Part shown: positions 1-8,133 of the stretch, piece after piece
How the letters are laid out: every line of letters starts with the position of its first letter
Numbering within the stretch: the first letter of the stretch is position 1
Source of the DNA: an uncultured Ruminococcus sp.
GTDB taxonomy: Bacteria > Bacillota > Clostridia > Oscillospirales > Ruminococcaceae
Reading direction: 5' to 3'
Assembly (NCBI GenBank): GCA_958428235.1
Contig: CAUAFG010000003.1
Span: 56,935 to 120,934, forward strand
Length of the DNA: 64,000 nucleotides
Translations under genes and position numbers: made by a program
Notes under the pieces: model-generated
Told to the model about the DNA's origin: nothing
Seen by the model: only the letters and a program-made list of their open reading frames with translations
Databases searched by the model: none

Positions 1-139
1 TAACTCCGTTCGGTGCGCTATTTATAGTAAGTCTGTGCATACCCGACGGTGAAACCGCAATGGTATAATCAACGCCGCTGCTGACTGCCCTTTCAAGTGT
101 AAAGAGCATAACGCCGTCGAAGTCAACAAATGCCTCGCC

Positions 140-380
140 TTCGTTAATGGCAGGGTCATCTACGGCAGGATCGTTTACTGTGGGATCATCTACAGCCGGA
201 TCGTTTACTGTGGGATCTTCCTGCGTGGGATCATCCTCTGTGGGGACATCCTGCGCAGGGTCGTTCTCTGAGGGAACATCCTGTGTGGGGTTATCCTGTG
301 CCGGTACGTCCTGCGAAGGATTATCTTCTGACGGTACATTTTGAGAGGGGTCGCTCTCTGCCGGAACGTTCTGGGAATTA
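140..380 (-). repeat. Coding tandem repeat with a 30-nt period (about 8 units, degenerating). It encodes the Pro/Asp-rich decapeptide repeats DP(A/T)V(D/N)DPxQxV.
   Basis: Direct repeats visible in the sequence: ggatcgtttactgtgggatcatctacagcc occurs twice, followed by diverged copies. The plus-strand ORF 147..344 (GSSTAGSFTVGSS...) is the mirror reading of the same repeat. Confidence 0.7.
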
Positions 381-439
381 TCAACAGAATCAGAATTCGA
401 TTCCACCCCCTATATCGTTTCCAGCAGGCTGCTGCAAAT

Positions 440-610
440 AGCAGACCGGAGTGTGGGTATGCTCCGGAACCTGACAGCTAAGAACAGATTCTGAAAGGTA
501 GCATCCTTCACTATGGGTATGCTCCGCAGATTCCTCTGATCCGCAGACAACAGTGCTGTTTGCGGTATAGCAAGCGTCAGAATGGGTATGCTCCTGCATT
601 CCGCATATGG
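440..610 (-). repeat. Coding tandem repeat with a period of about 66 nt (3 units). It encodes the C-x4-7-EHTH-x3-CY motif.
   Basis: atgggtatgctcc recurs at about 452, 515 and 584. The protein repeats are CGMQEHTHSDACY, CGSEESAEHTHSEGCY and SCQVPEHTHTPVCY. Confidence 0.65.
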
Positions 611-1094
611 GCATACCGTCAAACACCGCTGAAACAGGAATCGCAAGAGTGTTAGCCGCCGTTACCAGAACAACGAGCAGACTGAAAACTCACTTTGCAA
701 TTTTGCCAAAACTCATTCTCGTCAAAATTGAATCCATTTTTCTCATTGACTCATTTCTCCCTCAACGTTTGATTTATAACTAATATACACATCATAAAAC
801 CACTTCTGCGAGCTTCTTGTTGAAAATCCGCGGGTTTGCTGTGAAAACAATCAGCAGTACCATAAACCATGCACCAAAAATCTCAGTACTGTTTATTCCA
901 CTGCATAATTGTGCAAAATAATAATACCACAGTCAAATTATAAAGTCAACGTAATAGCTAAAAATACTTAAATTATATGCTAGTTTTTATTGATTACGCC
1001 AAAATGTGCAGAACGAAAACTGTATAATTTCACAACTGAAAATTACCCTCCGAAGCAAGCCGGCACAGCCTTTCCGACACTTTCACGCTGCCCT

Positions 1095-1688
1095 TCATGC
1101 CTCGCTTCTTACCCATTTCAAAAAAGTTACATGTGATACACCTATCCTGCGTGAAGCCTCCCGCGCGGATATTCTGCCCTGCTGCCACTCTGCCCTTACG
1201 CTTTCAAATTCCTCCGAACGCTCCATAAACGGTCTGCCAAGCTTTCTGCCCATAGCCTTGGCAGCAGCTATCCCCTCAACCTGACGCTGTCGTATCAGCT
1301 CGCGCTCGGTTTCGGCTACATAGCTTAAAAGCTGTAAGACTATATCCGAAATCAGCGAGCCGGTGAGATCCTTGCCCTGGCGGGTGTCGAGCAGGGGCAT
1401 ATCCAAAACCACTATTGCGGCTGATTTTTCCTTGGTTATTATCCGCCACTGTTCCAAAATTTCATCGTAATTCCTGCCCAGACGGTCGATGCTTTTGACT
1501 ACAAGAATATCGCCCGCCTTAAGCTTGCGCATAAGCCGCTTATATCCGGGACGCTCAAAGTCCTTTCCCGAAAGCTTATCCGAAATAACATTCTTCTCCG
1601 GCACTCCGAATTCCGCCATGGCAAGGCGCTGGCGTTCCTCGTTCTGGTCTTTTGTAGACACCCTTATGTAAGCATATGTTTTTGACAT
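1095..1688 (-). CDS. Small serine recombinase of the resolvase/invertase family, with a C-terminal HTH domain.
   Basis: MSKTYAYIRVSTKDQNEERQ carries the catalytic-serine motif YxRVST(KD)Q. Resolvase core: GDILVVKSIDRLGRN. C-terminal HTH: ISAREASRRIGVSHVTFLKW. AGGAGG lies 9 nt upstream of ATG at 1688. Confidence 0.9.
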   Translation of the reverse strand: MSKTYAYIRVSTKDQNEERQRLAMAEFGVPEKNVISDKLSGKDFERPGYKRLMRKLKAGDILVVKSIDRLGRNYDEILEQWRIITKEKSAAIVVLDMPLLDTRQGKDLTGSLISDIVLQLLSYVAETERELIRQRQVEGIAAAKAMGRKLGRPFMERSEEFESVRAEWQQGRISAREASRRIGVSHVTFLKWVRSEA

Positions 1689-1823
1689 TTTTCGATTCCT
1701 CCTTTTTATAAGCATTTTACTACAGGACAAAAAAACAGCACAATGGTTTTTCCACTGTGCCGATGTGTTTTTGTGATATTATATGCAGTCCGGAGCCGGA
1801 ATTGCGCCGCTTTTTGAGCAATT

Positions 1824-2276
1824 CTACCGCGCTTTGACAATACTTTCGTTTTCAATGCGGTATCCGGAATAAAAATGCTCAAGGATATTTGAAAACAGCT
1901 TTTCACCTATTCCGTCAAGATACATTATCTGACGAACGTCGGTAAAGCCGCCCATAGCATCGCGGAAATCCATTATCAGCTCTGCTCTTTTGTCGCCTAT
2001 GCCGCTTATTTTCATCAGCTCTTCCCTGTCGGCGGAATTAATTGCCGAAACGTCAGGCTGCTCGGAGGATATAAAGCCGTAGCTGCCGTGTCTCGATTGC
2101 ATATCAAGGTATCTATCCGTGCCGACTAAAGCAGAGGCAAAGCAGGCAATAAAAATAACTGCCGCCGAAGCAATCATAAGCGCTTCAAATAACGTAATCC
2201 GCTTTGACGGATTTTCTATATGCTTTTCTCTTTCGCAAATACTGTATTCGCATGCACCCGACATCATGGATTTCAC
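1824..2276 (-). CDS. comEA: ComEA-like competence protein: N-terminal TM anchor plus helix-hairpin-helix DNA-binding domain.
   Basis: TM segment ITLFEALMIASAAVIFIACFASALV. C-terminal HhH: ELMKISGIGDKRAELIMDFRDAMGGFTDVRQIMYLDGIGEKLFSNI. RBS AAAGGTGA 5 nt upstream. Confidence 0.75.
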   Translation of the reverse strand: MKSMMSGACEYSICEREKHIENPSKRITLFEALMIASAAVIFIACFASALVGTDRYLDMQSRHGSYGFISSEQPDVSAINSADREELMKISGIGDKRAELIMDFRDAMGGFTDVRQIMYLDGIGEKLFSNILEHFYSGYRIENESIVKAR

Positions 2277-2409
2277 CTTTCACAACATACTATAAATATT
2301 ATATCATCACGTAAAAATGCTGTCAACTGTTTTGCAATACAGCTTAGCTTACAAATCGGGAATATAACAAAATCGCCCGCCGAAAATACCGACGAGCGAT
2401 GATATTATG

Positions 2410-3204
2410 TTAGTCCTGCAATAATGTGCGGTCGCTGGGCATTTCGTTTGAGGCTTCCGAGAATTTCTTTATAAGCTCCTCAATGGTGAGCTTGTGCTTT
2501 GCCTCGCCCGATATGTCAAACACTATCTCACCCTTGTTCATCATAATAAGGCGGTTGCCGTAGGTTATGGCATCGCGCATGTTGTGTGTTATCATAAGGG
2601 TGGTTATTCCGCCGTCGTTTACAAGCTTGTCGGTGAGCGACAGCACCTTTGAAGCTGTCTGAGGGTCCAAAGCGGCGGTATGTTCATCAAGCATTAACAG
2701 CTTAGGATTCTGCAAAGTAGCCATAAGAAGGGTTATAGCCTGACGCTGACCGCCCGAAAGAAGTCCGACCTTGGAGGTAAGTCTGTCCTCAAGACCTAAA
2801 TCCAGCATGGCTAAAAGCTCCCTGTAGCGAGCGCGCTCCTTGGCTGTTATGCCGGGCATAAGAGTCATTTTCTTGCCGCGCCTGTAGGCAAGAGCGAGGT
2901 TTTCCTCTATCTGCATATCAGCGGCAGTTCCCATCATCGGGTCCTGAAAGACTCTGCCAAAGTATTTTGCACGCTTGTAGTCGGGCATTTTGGTGACGTC
3001 AACGCCGTCAATGATAATCTTGCCACTGTCAACAGGATAAACGCCGGTTATCATGTTTAAAAGCGTTGACTTTCCTGCGCCGTTTCCGCCAATGACGGTT
3101 ACGAAATCGCCCTTGTTAAGCGTGAGGCTGATTCCCTGAAGCGCTTTCTTTTCGTTGATGGTGCCCGGGTTGAAGGTCTTGTAAACGTTTTCAATTTTAA
3201 GCAT
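2410..3204 (-). CDS. ABC transporter ATP-binding protein.
   Basis: Walker A GGNGAGKST, signature LSGGQRQ, Walker B LLMLDEHTAALD. AGGAGG 8 nt before MLKIENVYKTF. Overlaps the permease stop by 8 nt. Confidence 0.9.
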   Translation of the reverse strand: MLKIENVYKTFNPGTINEKKALQGISLTLNKGDFVTVIGGNGAGKSTLLNMITGVYPVDSGKIIIDGVDVTKMPDYKRAKYFGRVFQDPMMGTAADMQIEENLALAYRRGKKMTLMPGITAKERARYRELLAMLDLGLEDRLTSKVGLLSGGQRQAITLLMATLQNPKLLMLDEHTAALDPQTASKVLSLTDKLVNDGGITTLMITHNMRDAITYGNRLIMMNKGEIVFDISGEAKHKLTIEELIKKFSEASNEMPSDRTLLQD

Positions 3205-4117
3205 TCTTTTCGACCTCCTTCTTTGCAAGCGGCTTGCTTAAGGAAATCTTAGACTTCCAATATGGGATAGCCAGGAATATGGCGACGAAAACAGCCGAGA
3301 ACAGTTTAAGGTTGTTTGCGTTCAGACCGAGCTTTAAAACTATAGCAATAACAATATAGTAAATGATGCCGCCGATTACGGCAGACATTAGCCTTAAAAC
3401 AAAGCTTGCAAACAGCTTGCCGAATATAACCTCGCCGATAATTACAGCCGCCAGACCGATAACGATTGCGCCTCTGCCCATGTTGATGTCGGCACTTCCG
3501 CTGAACTGGGCTAAAAGTCCGCCGGAAAGGGCGACTATTCCATTTGAAATTACAAGTCCTATTATCTTGGTAGAGTCGGTGTTGATGCCATTTGCGCGAG
3601 CCATAGTCTGGTTGCAGCCGGTCGCGCGGATGGATCTTCCAAGCTCGGTGCCGAAAAACCAGTAAAGCACAGCGATAATCACGCCGACGATAATAAGACA
3701 TTTAAGTATGGTAAAGCCGAGCTGATCAGTCTTTGAAGAAACGATAAGGTCGAAGTTTCTCCAGCTGATGGTGGTGTTTGCACGTCCTCCCATTATGCCT
3801 AAGTTGATGGAATACAGCGCAAGCTGAGTAAGTATTCCCGAAAGAATTGCGGGGATTCCGAACTTTGTGTGCAAAAGACCGGTCGCAAGCCCTGCAAGGC
3901 ATCCGGCAAGAAATGCTATTATAAGCGCAACGTAAATATTAACGCCTTTAACGGTGGTGAGAACAACCAATACCGCTCCACCCGTTCCCAATGAGCCATC
4001 AACAGTCAGGTCTGCAAAGTCGAGAATCTTATAGGTTATGTAAACGCCTATAGCCATTATTCCCCAAATCATTCCCTGGGCAATAGGTGAAGGCAGGGAC
4101 TGTAAAAATTCCAGCAT
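3197..4117 (-). CDS. ABC transporter permease (BPD_transp_2-like, polytopic).
   Basis: 306 aa, about 9 hydrophobic helices. Operon partner of the ATPase and the substrate-binding protein. Confidence 0.8.
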   Translation of the reverse strand: MLEFLQSLPSPIAQGMIWGIMAIGVYITYKILDFADLTVDGSLGTGGAVLVVLTTVKGVNIYVALIIAFLAGCLAGLATGLLHTKFGIPAILSGILTQLALYSINLGIMGGRANTTISWRNFDLIVSSKTDQLGFTILKCLIIVGVIIAVLYWFFGTELGRSIRATGCNQTMARANGINTDSTKIIGLVISNGIVALSGGLLAQFSGSADINMGRGAIVIGLAAVIIGEVIFGKLFASFVLRLMSAVIGGIIYYIVIAIVLKLGLNANNLKLFSAVFVAIFLAIPYWKSKISLSKPLAKKEVEKNA

Positions 4118-4204
4118 ATCAATTGACCTTTCCGATAAATACGCAAAAAGCGGTAATTTTTATGGATTACCGCTTTTGCAGAATCATGTTTTTTGTCTTG
4201 CTTA

Positions 4205-5167
4205 TCAGGCAATAGGCTCGTAGCCCTCGGGGATGGTAATACCAGCCGCTGCGGCTCTGTCAGCCATGTACTTCTTGGTAAGCTCTTTAGCATACTCGAT
4301 TTCCATGTCTGCGGGATCCTTGCCGTTTACAAGAATTTCATAAGCCATCTCGCCAGCCTTGTAGCCGATATCATAGTAGCTGATGGAGAGAGTTGCGATT
4401 CCGCAGCCCTTGCATATGCCCTCTTCGCCGGCGATTACGGGAATCTTTGCAGGCTCAAGAACATTGTTGATAGCCTCGGTGTTGGAAGCGGCGGTGTTGT
4501 CGGTAGGAACGAATATAGCGTCGCAGGCGTCGGTAACCATCTGCTGGGTAACGGCGGTAACGTCGTTGGTGTCGACAAAGGTGTAAACCTTAACGGTCAT
4601 GCCCAGAGCCTCAAACTCTTTGGTGATAACGTCTGCCTGATACTTGGAATTCTTTTCGGCAGAGCAGTAAAGAATACCGACATTCTTTGCATCGGGGACA
4701 AGCTCCTTAAGCATTGCAGCCTGTTCGGCCAAGGGAGCAAGGTCTGCGGTGCCGGTAACGTTAAAGCCGGTTTTACCTGTCCAGTCGGAGATGCCCAAAG
4801 CGGTTGCATAGTCGGTGATGGATGTTGCAACTATCGGGATATCTGCGGTTGCCTGAGAAGCGGCTGCCAAAGCGTCGGTAGCGTTTGCCATGATAAGGTC
4901 AACCTTGTCGGATACGAACTTGGAGGTGATGGTGGTGCAGTTGGTGGCTTCGCCGGAAGCGTTCTGCTCGTCGAACTTAACCTTGTCGCCAAGCTTTTCG
5001 GTAAGAGCGTCTTTAAAGCCCTTGGTAGCTTCGTCTAAAGCGGGATGCTGAACAAGCTGACAGATGCCTATTTCATAAACCTTGTCTTCATCGGCAGCAG
5101 TGTCGCCGCAGGATACCAGCGTTAGCATCATAAGCGTAGCAAGCAGTAATGATATTACTTTTTTCAT
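4205..5167 (-). CDS. ABC transporter substrate-binding lipoprotein of the ABC_sub_bind type (the family includes the putative tryptophan-uptake protein TrpX).
   Basis: MKKVISLLLATLMMLTLVSCGDTA has a lipobox. The core motif IGICQLVQHPALDEATKGFKDAL is typical of the PF04392-like family. RBS AAAGGTGA. Confidence 0.7.
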   Translation of the reverse strand: MKKVISLLLATLMMLTLVSCGDTAADEDKVYEIGICQLVQHPALDEATKGFKDALTEKLGDKVKFDEQNASGEATNCTTITSKFVSDKVDLIMANATDALAAASQATADIPIVATSITDYATALGISDWTGKTGFNVTGTADLAPLAEQAAMLKELVPDAKNVGILYCSAEKNSKYQADVITKEFEALGMTVKVYTFVDTNDVTAVTQQMVTDACDAIFVPTDNTAASNTEAINNVLEPAKIPVIAGEEGICKGCGIATLSISYYDIGYKAGEMAYEILVNGKDPADMEIEYAKELTKKYMADRAAAAGITIPEGYEPIA

Positions 5168-5184
5168 GTTTTTCACCTTTCTTT

Positions 5185-5202
5185 GCGATATGTACATATC
5201 GC
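5185..5202. promoter_or_regulatory. Perfect 18-bp palindrome GCGATATGTACATATCGC in the leader of the ABC operon, 3 nt upstream of the RBS. Candidate repressor operator or RNA hairpin.
   Basis: Exact self-complementarity read directly from the sequence. Confidence 0.4.
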
Positions 5203-5449
5203 GATACGCACAATATAATATATCGCATTGTATATTTTGTATCAGCTGAAAATTTGTCCTTCTCAGAATACTAAGACATTATAACGCTTTTAATCGATAA
5301 AGTCAACCGCTTTTTAATAAAAAAGCCAAAAACAGCGGCATTTTTTCATCTTGCCCGAGTTTTTGGCATGCAATTCTGGCACCATTAAGTAAAATTTGTA
5401 TAAAGATTACGTAAATAAACCGTTCGGATTTGCTGCAACCGTCCTTGAA

Positions 5450-6142
5450 TTATTGATCAGCGATCCGGCAGTTTATGGCAGAGCGAACTTCGCCCCTGCC
5501 GATTATCAGAAAGTCTTTTAGCTCTATCGACTGCTGTGAAAGCAATGAGGCGATTTCATATGCAAGCTTTAAATCGTTCCTATCCGGCACCGGGTCGGAA
5601 TTTGGCTTGGTGTGTGCGCAAACGCAGAATTTTTCGCAGATATTAAAATCACGGTCGAAAACCTTTGAAGGATTGAACGGCTCTTCATCACTGCATTTGT
5701 ATCTGTAATGACTTATAACATCCATACTGTTGTTCAGAAACACAACGTCCATGTATTCGTTCACCGCGGAATATGACAAGGAATAGAAGAAATCAAAAAG
5801 AACTTTTTTGTCGGAAAGATTAACTACATCTTTCCTTCCCAAAACCGATTCATCCGACAACTTTCTTATGGATTGTATAAGAAGCCATGTATTTTCACCT
5901 ACTCCCGGAACGCTTATAAAATCCTTTTTGTCTGCCTCAATCACGCCGTTTATGTTCTTAAATTTATTCAGAAGCAAGTGGGCGATATCGTTTGTATCCA
6001 CCCTTGGAATTGCATAAAACAGAAGCATTTCAAGCAAGTGAAGATCGCTGCAATATGCCAGTTCCGCAGTCATATACTGATCCCTCATTCTGCTTCTGTG
6101 ACCTGCGTGAAGATTTTCGGTTTTTGTTTTTTGCTTTTTCAA
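5450..6142 (-). CDS. radC: RadC-like (JAB/MPN-fold) protein with a degenerate metal-binding motif.
   Basis: N-terminal HhH: FISVPGVGENTWLLIQSI. The C-terminal block CAHTKPNSDPVPDRNDLKLAYEIA aligns to the RadC motif AHNHPSGDP.PS..D, but the second His is Lys and the Ser is Asn. Start is probably TTG at 6142. Confidence 0.7.
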   Translation of the reverse strand: MKKQKTKTENLHAGHRSRMRDQYMTAELAYCSDLHLLEMLLFYAIPRVDTNDIAHLLLNKFKNINGVIEADKKDFISVPGVGENTWLLIQSIRKLSDESVLGRKDVVNLSDKKVLFDFFYSLSYSAVNEYMDVVFLNNSMDVISHYRYKCSDEEPFNPSKVFDRDFNICEKFCVCAHTKPNSDPVPDRNDLKLAYEIASLLSQQSIELKDFLIIGRGEVRSAINCRIADQ

Positions 6143-6357
6143 TTTATATCTGCTTTCCTATAGATTTTTGCCGGTACCAACGACAAATTACTATTTTAGT
6201 ATAAATGAACAGCTGAGATTTGTCAAGCGGTGTATGCTGCTTATTCTCAGGCAAGCGTTTATTCCCGATTTTTAAGCAGCTATTTATTGACAAATGCCGC
6301 GCTCGTGGCTATAATTAGCTTAATATATCCTTTTTAAAGAAAGGTCTTGCTGAAAAT

Positions 6358-7248
6358 ATGGAAAAGAACAACTACAAAGCCTGGCTATACCTTGCACCTG
6401 CCATACTGTTTCTTGGCTTTTTCATGGTATACCCGCTTATCGACGTTTTTATCTATTCGTTTGAAGAGGGCTACAATTCCGCTTCGCAGAGCTATTTCGG
6501 AACGGGGCTATACAACTTCGACTACATCCTGCACGACCCCTACTTTTTGCAGGCGGTAAAAAATACTCTTATCATGGTCGCCGTGACAGTGCCGGTATCT
6601 ACAGGGCTTTCATTGCTGATATCTTTGGGATTAAGCTCGATAAAGCCTTTGCGCAAGCTGTTTCAGACGGTTTACTTTCTGCCGTATGTTACTAACACCC
6701 TGGCGGTCGGTCTGGTATTTATGATACTGTTTAAGAAAACCGCCTACACCGACGGTCTTGTAAACCTGATAATAAAGCTGTTCGGCGGCGAGGCTATAGA
6801 TTTCATTTCAGGACCGTATCCTGCGAAAATGTTTGTTTTGTGCTTCTACATAATATGGGTAGTCATGCCGTTTAAGATACTTATTTTAACAAGCGCGCTG
6901 GCTTCCGTAAAGCAGGACTACTACAACGCCGCAAAGGTGGACGGCACTTCACGCTTTCGCATTTTCACCCGCATCACCCTGCCGATGATATCCCCCATGA
7001 TATTCTACCTTGTTATAACAGGCTTTATAGGTGCGTTCAAAGCCTACAGCGACGCCGTTGCGCTGTTCGGAACCGACCTCAACGCCTCCGAAATGAACAC
7101 GATAGTGGGCTACATCTACGATATGCTGTACGGCAACAGCGGCGGATATCCCTCATATGCTTCGGCGGCGGCTATTGTGCTGTTTGCAATCGTGCTGACA
7201 ATCACGGTTATCAATCTGCTTGTCAGCAAAAAGCACGTTTACTATTGA
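6358..7248 (+). CDS. Carbohydrate ABC transporter permease (MalF/UgpA-like).
   Basis: 296 aa, six TM segments. TTGACA-17-TATAAT promoter at about 6290-6320. Confidence 0.85.
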   Translation: MEKNNYKAWLYLAPAILFLGFFMVYPLIDVFIYSFEEGYNSASQSYFGTGLYNFDYILHDPYFLQAVKNTLIMVAVTVPVSTGLSLLISLGLSSIKPLRKLFQTVYFLPYVTNTLAVGLVFMILFKKTAYTDGLVNLIIKLFGGEAIDFISGPYPAKMFVLCFYIIWVVMPFKILILTSALASVKQDYYNAAKVDGTSRFRIFTRITLPMISPMIFYLVITGFIGAFKAYSDAVALFGTDLNASEMNTIVGYIYDMLYGNSGGYPSYASAAAIVLFAIVLTITVINLLVSKKHVYY

Positions 7249-7263
7249 TCGGGGGCGAAAAGT

Positions 7264-8133
7264 ATGTCAAAAAGCATTGAAGCATTGGAAAAGTCTGCAA
7301 AGCGCAGGCGCACCGCATTTAATATCTTTATATACATTATGCTTGCTCTGTGGGCGGTAATGGTGCTGTTCCCGTTTTACTGGATGATACTTACATCCTT
7401 TAAGAGCTACAGCTCCTACAACTCGGAATATATCCCCAAATTTTTCACCCTGTCCCCCACTATTCAGAACTATATCGACGCTTTTACAGCTGTTCCGCTT
7501 GCAAAGTACTTTCTTAACACGCTGATTTTCACCGTGATAACCACCGCAATCATGCTTGTTGTGACAATACTTGCGGCATACGCCTTTGCGCGGATGAATT
7601 TCCCGGGAAAGAATCTTGTGTTCTCGCTGTTTTTAGCCTTGATGATGATTCCCAGCGAGCTGGTTGTAATCACAAACTTTACGACTATCACAAATCTTGA
7701 CATGCGAAACACCTTTGCAGGACTTATACTTCCCTCCGTTACCTCGGTGTTCTACATCTACCTGTTAAAAGAGAATTTCGCGCAGGTACCTGATGAGCTG
7801 TATTACGCCGCCAAGGTTGACGGCACCTCAGATTTCAAGTATCTCTGCCGGATTATGATTCCCATTTGCCGCCCTACGGTTATAACGGTCACGATTCTTA
7901 AGGTTATAGAGTGCTGGAACTCATACGTCTGGCCAAGGCTTATCACCGACGATCCGAATTACTATCTTGTTTCAAACGGCATACAGGAGATCCGCGAAAA
8001 CGGCTTCGGAAGAGAGAACATCCCCGCTATGATGGCGGCGGTTGTGGTTATATCCATCCCGCTTATAATCATCTTCCTTATTTTCAGAAATAAGATAATG
8101 GAAGGCGTTTCGAGAGGGGGAACAAAGGGATGA
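7264..8133 (+). CDS. Carbohydrate ABC transporter permease (MalG/UgpE-like).
   Basis: EAA-like loop region YYAAKVDGTS. ATGA overlap with the downstream substrate-binding protein gene. Confidence 0.85.
   Translation: MSKSIEALEKSAKRRRTAFNIFIYIMLALWAVMVLFPFYWMILTSFKSYSSYNSEYIPKFFTLSPTIQNYIDAFTAVPLAKYFLNTLIFTVITTAIMLVVTILAAYAFARMNFPGKNLVFSLFLALMMIPSELVVITNFTTITNLDMRNTFAGLILPSVTSVFYIYLLKENFAQVPDELYYAAKVDGTSDFKYLCRIMIPICRPTVITVTILKVIECWNSYVWPRLITDDPNYYLVSNGIQEIRENGFGRENIPAMMAAVVVISIPLIIIFLIFRNKIMEGVSRGGTKG

Larger units (their letters stand above)
1..746 (-). pseudogene. Disrupted gene for a repeat-rich secreted protein. Order on the minus strand: signal peptide, 3x Cys/His 'EHTH..CY' repeats, Pro/Asp-rich decapeptide repeats, then a domain that continues beyond the window start. 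Lesions: in-frame TGA at 690-692 (codon 19, inside the signal peptide) and a +1 frameshift at the G5 tract 406-410.
   Basis: Minus-strand translation from ATG at 746, with GAGGGAG 10 nt upstream, gives MRKMDSILTRMSFGKIAK-TGA-VFSLLVVLVTAANTLAIPVSAVFDGMPICGMQEHTHSDACY...IGGGIEF, stopping at 390. A +1 frame continues without stop from about 385 to position 1: SVDNSQNVPAESDPSQNVPSEDNPSQDVP...DPAVDDPTVNDPAVDDPAINEGEAFVDFDG... Deleting one G from the G5 run joins the two frames. Confidence 0.5.

Noticed and set aside
147-344. Plus-strand ORF 'GSSTAGSFTVGSS...' (65 aa).
   Set aside because: It is the mirror-strand reading of the 30-nt coding tandem repeat. The real coding frame is on the minus strand (the DP(A/T)V(D/N)DP repeats).
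140-610. Possible CRISPR array, because of the short direct repeats.
   Set aside because: The repeats are contiguous with no spacers, are in frame and encode peptide repeats. No cas genes are present.
1006-1284. Plus-strand 92-aa ORF overlapping the recombinase.
   Set aside because: It is antisense within a well-supported resolvase gene and has no RBS.
1095-1688. The recombinase as part of a Tn3-family transposon or IS element.
   Set aside because: There is no transposase gene, and no long terminal inverted repeats were recognised within the window. It is treated as an orphan resolvase or possible inverton instead.
4193-5038. Plus-strand 281-aa ORF rich in Gly/Val/Cys.
   Set aside because: It is a shadow ORF antisense to the substrate-binding lipoprotein gene. 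The same applies to 3306-3701, 31356-31808, 55374-56153, 41728-42327 and 63169-63753.
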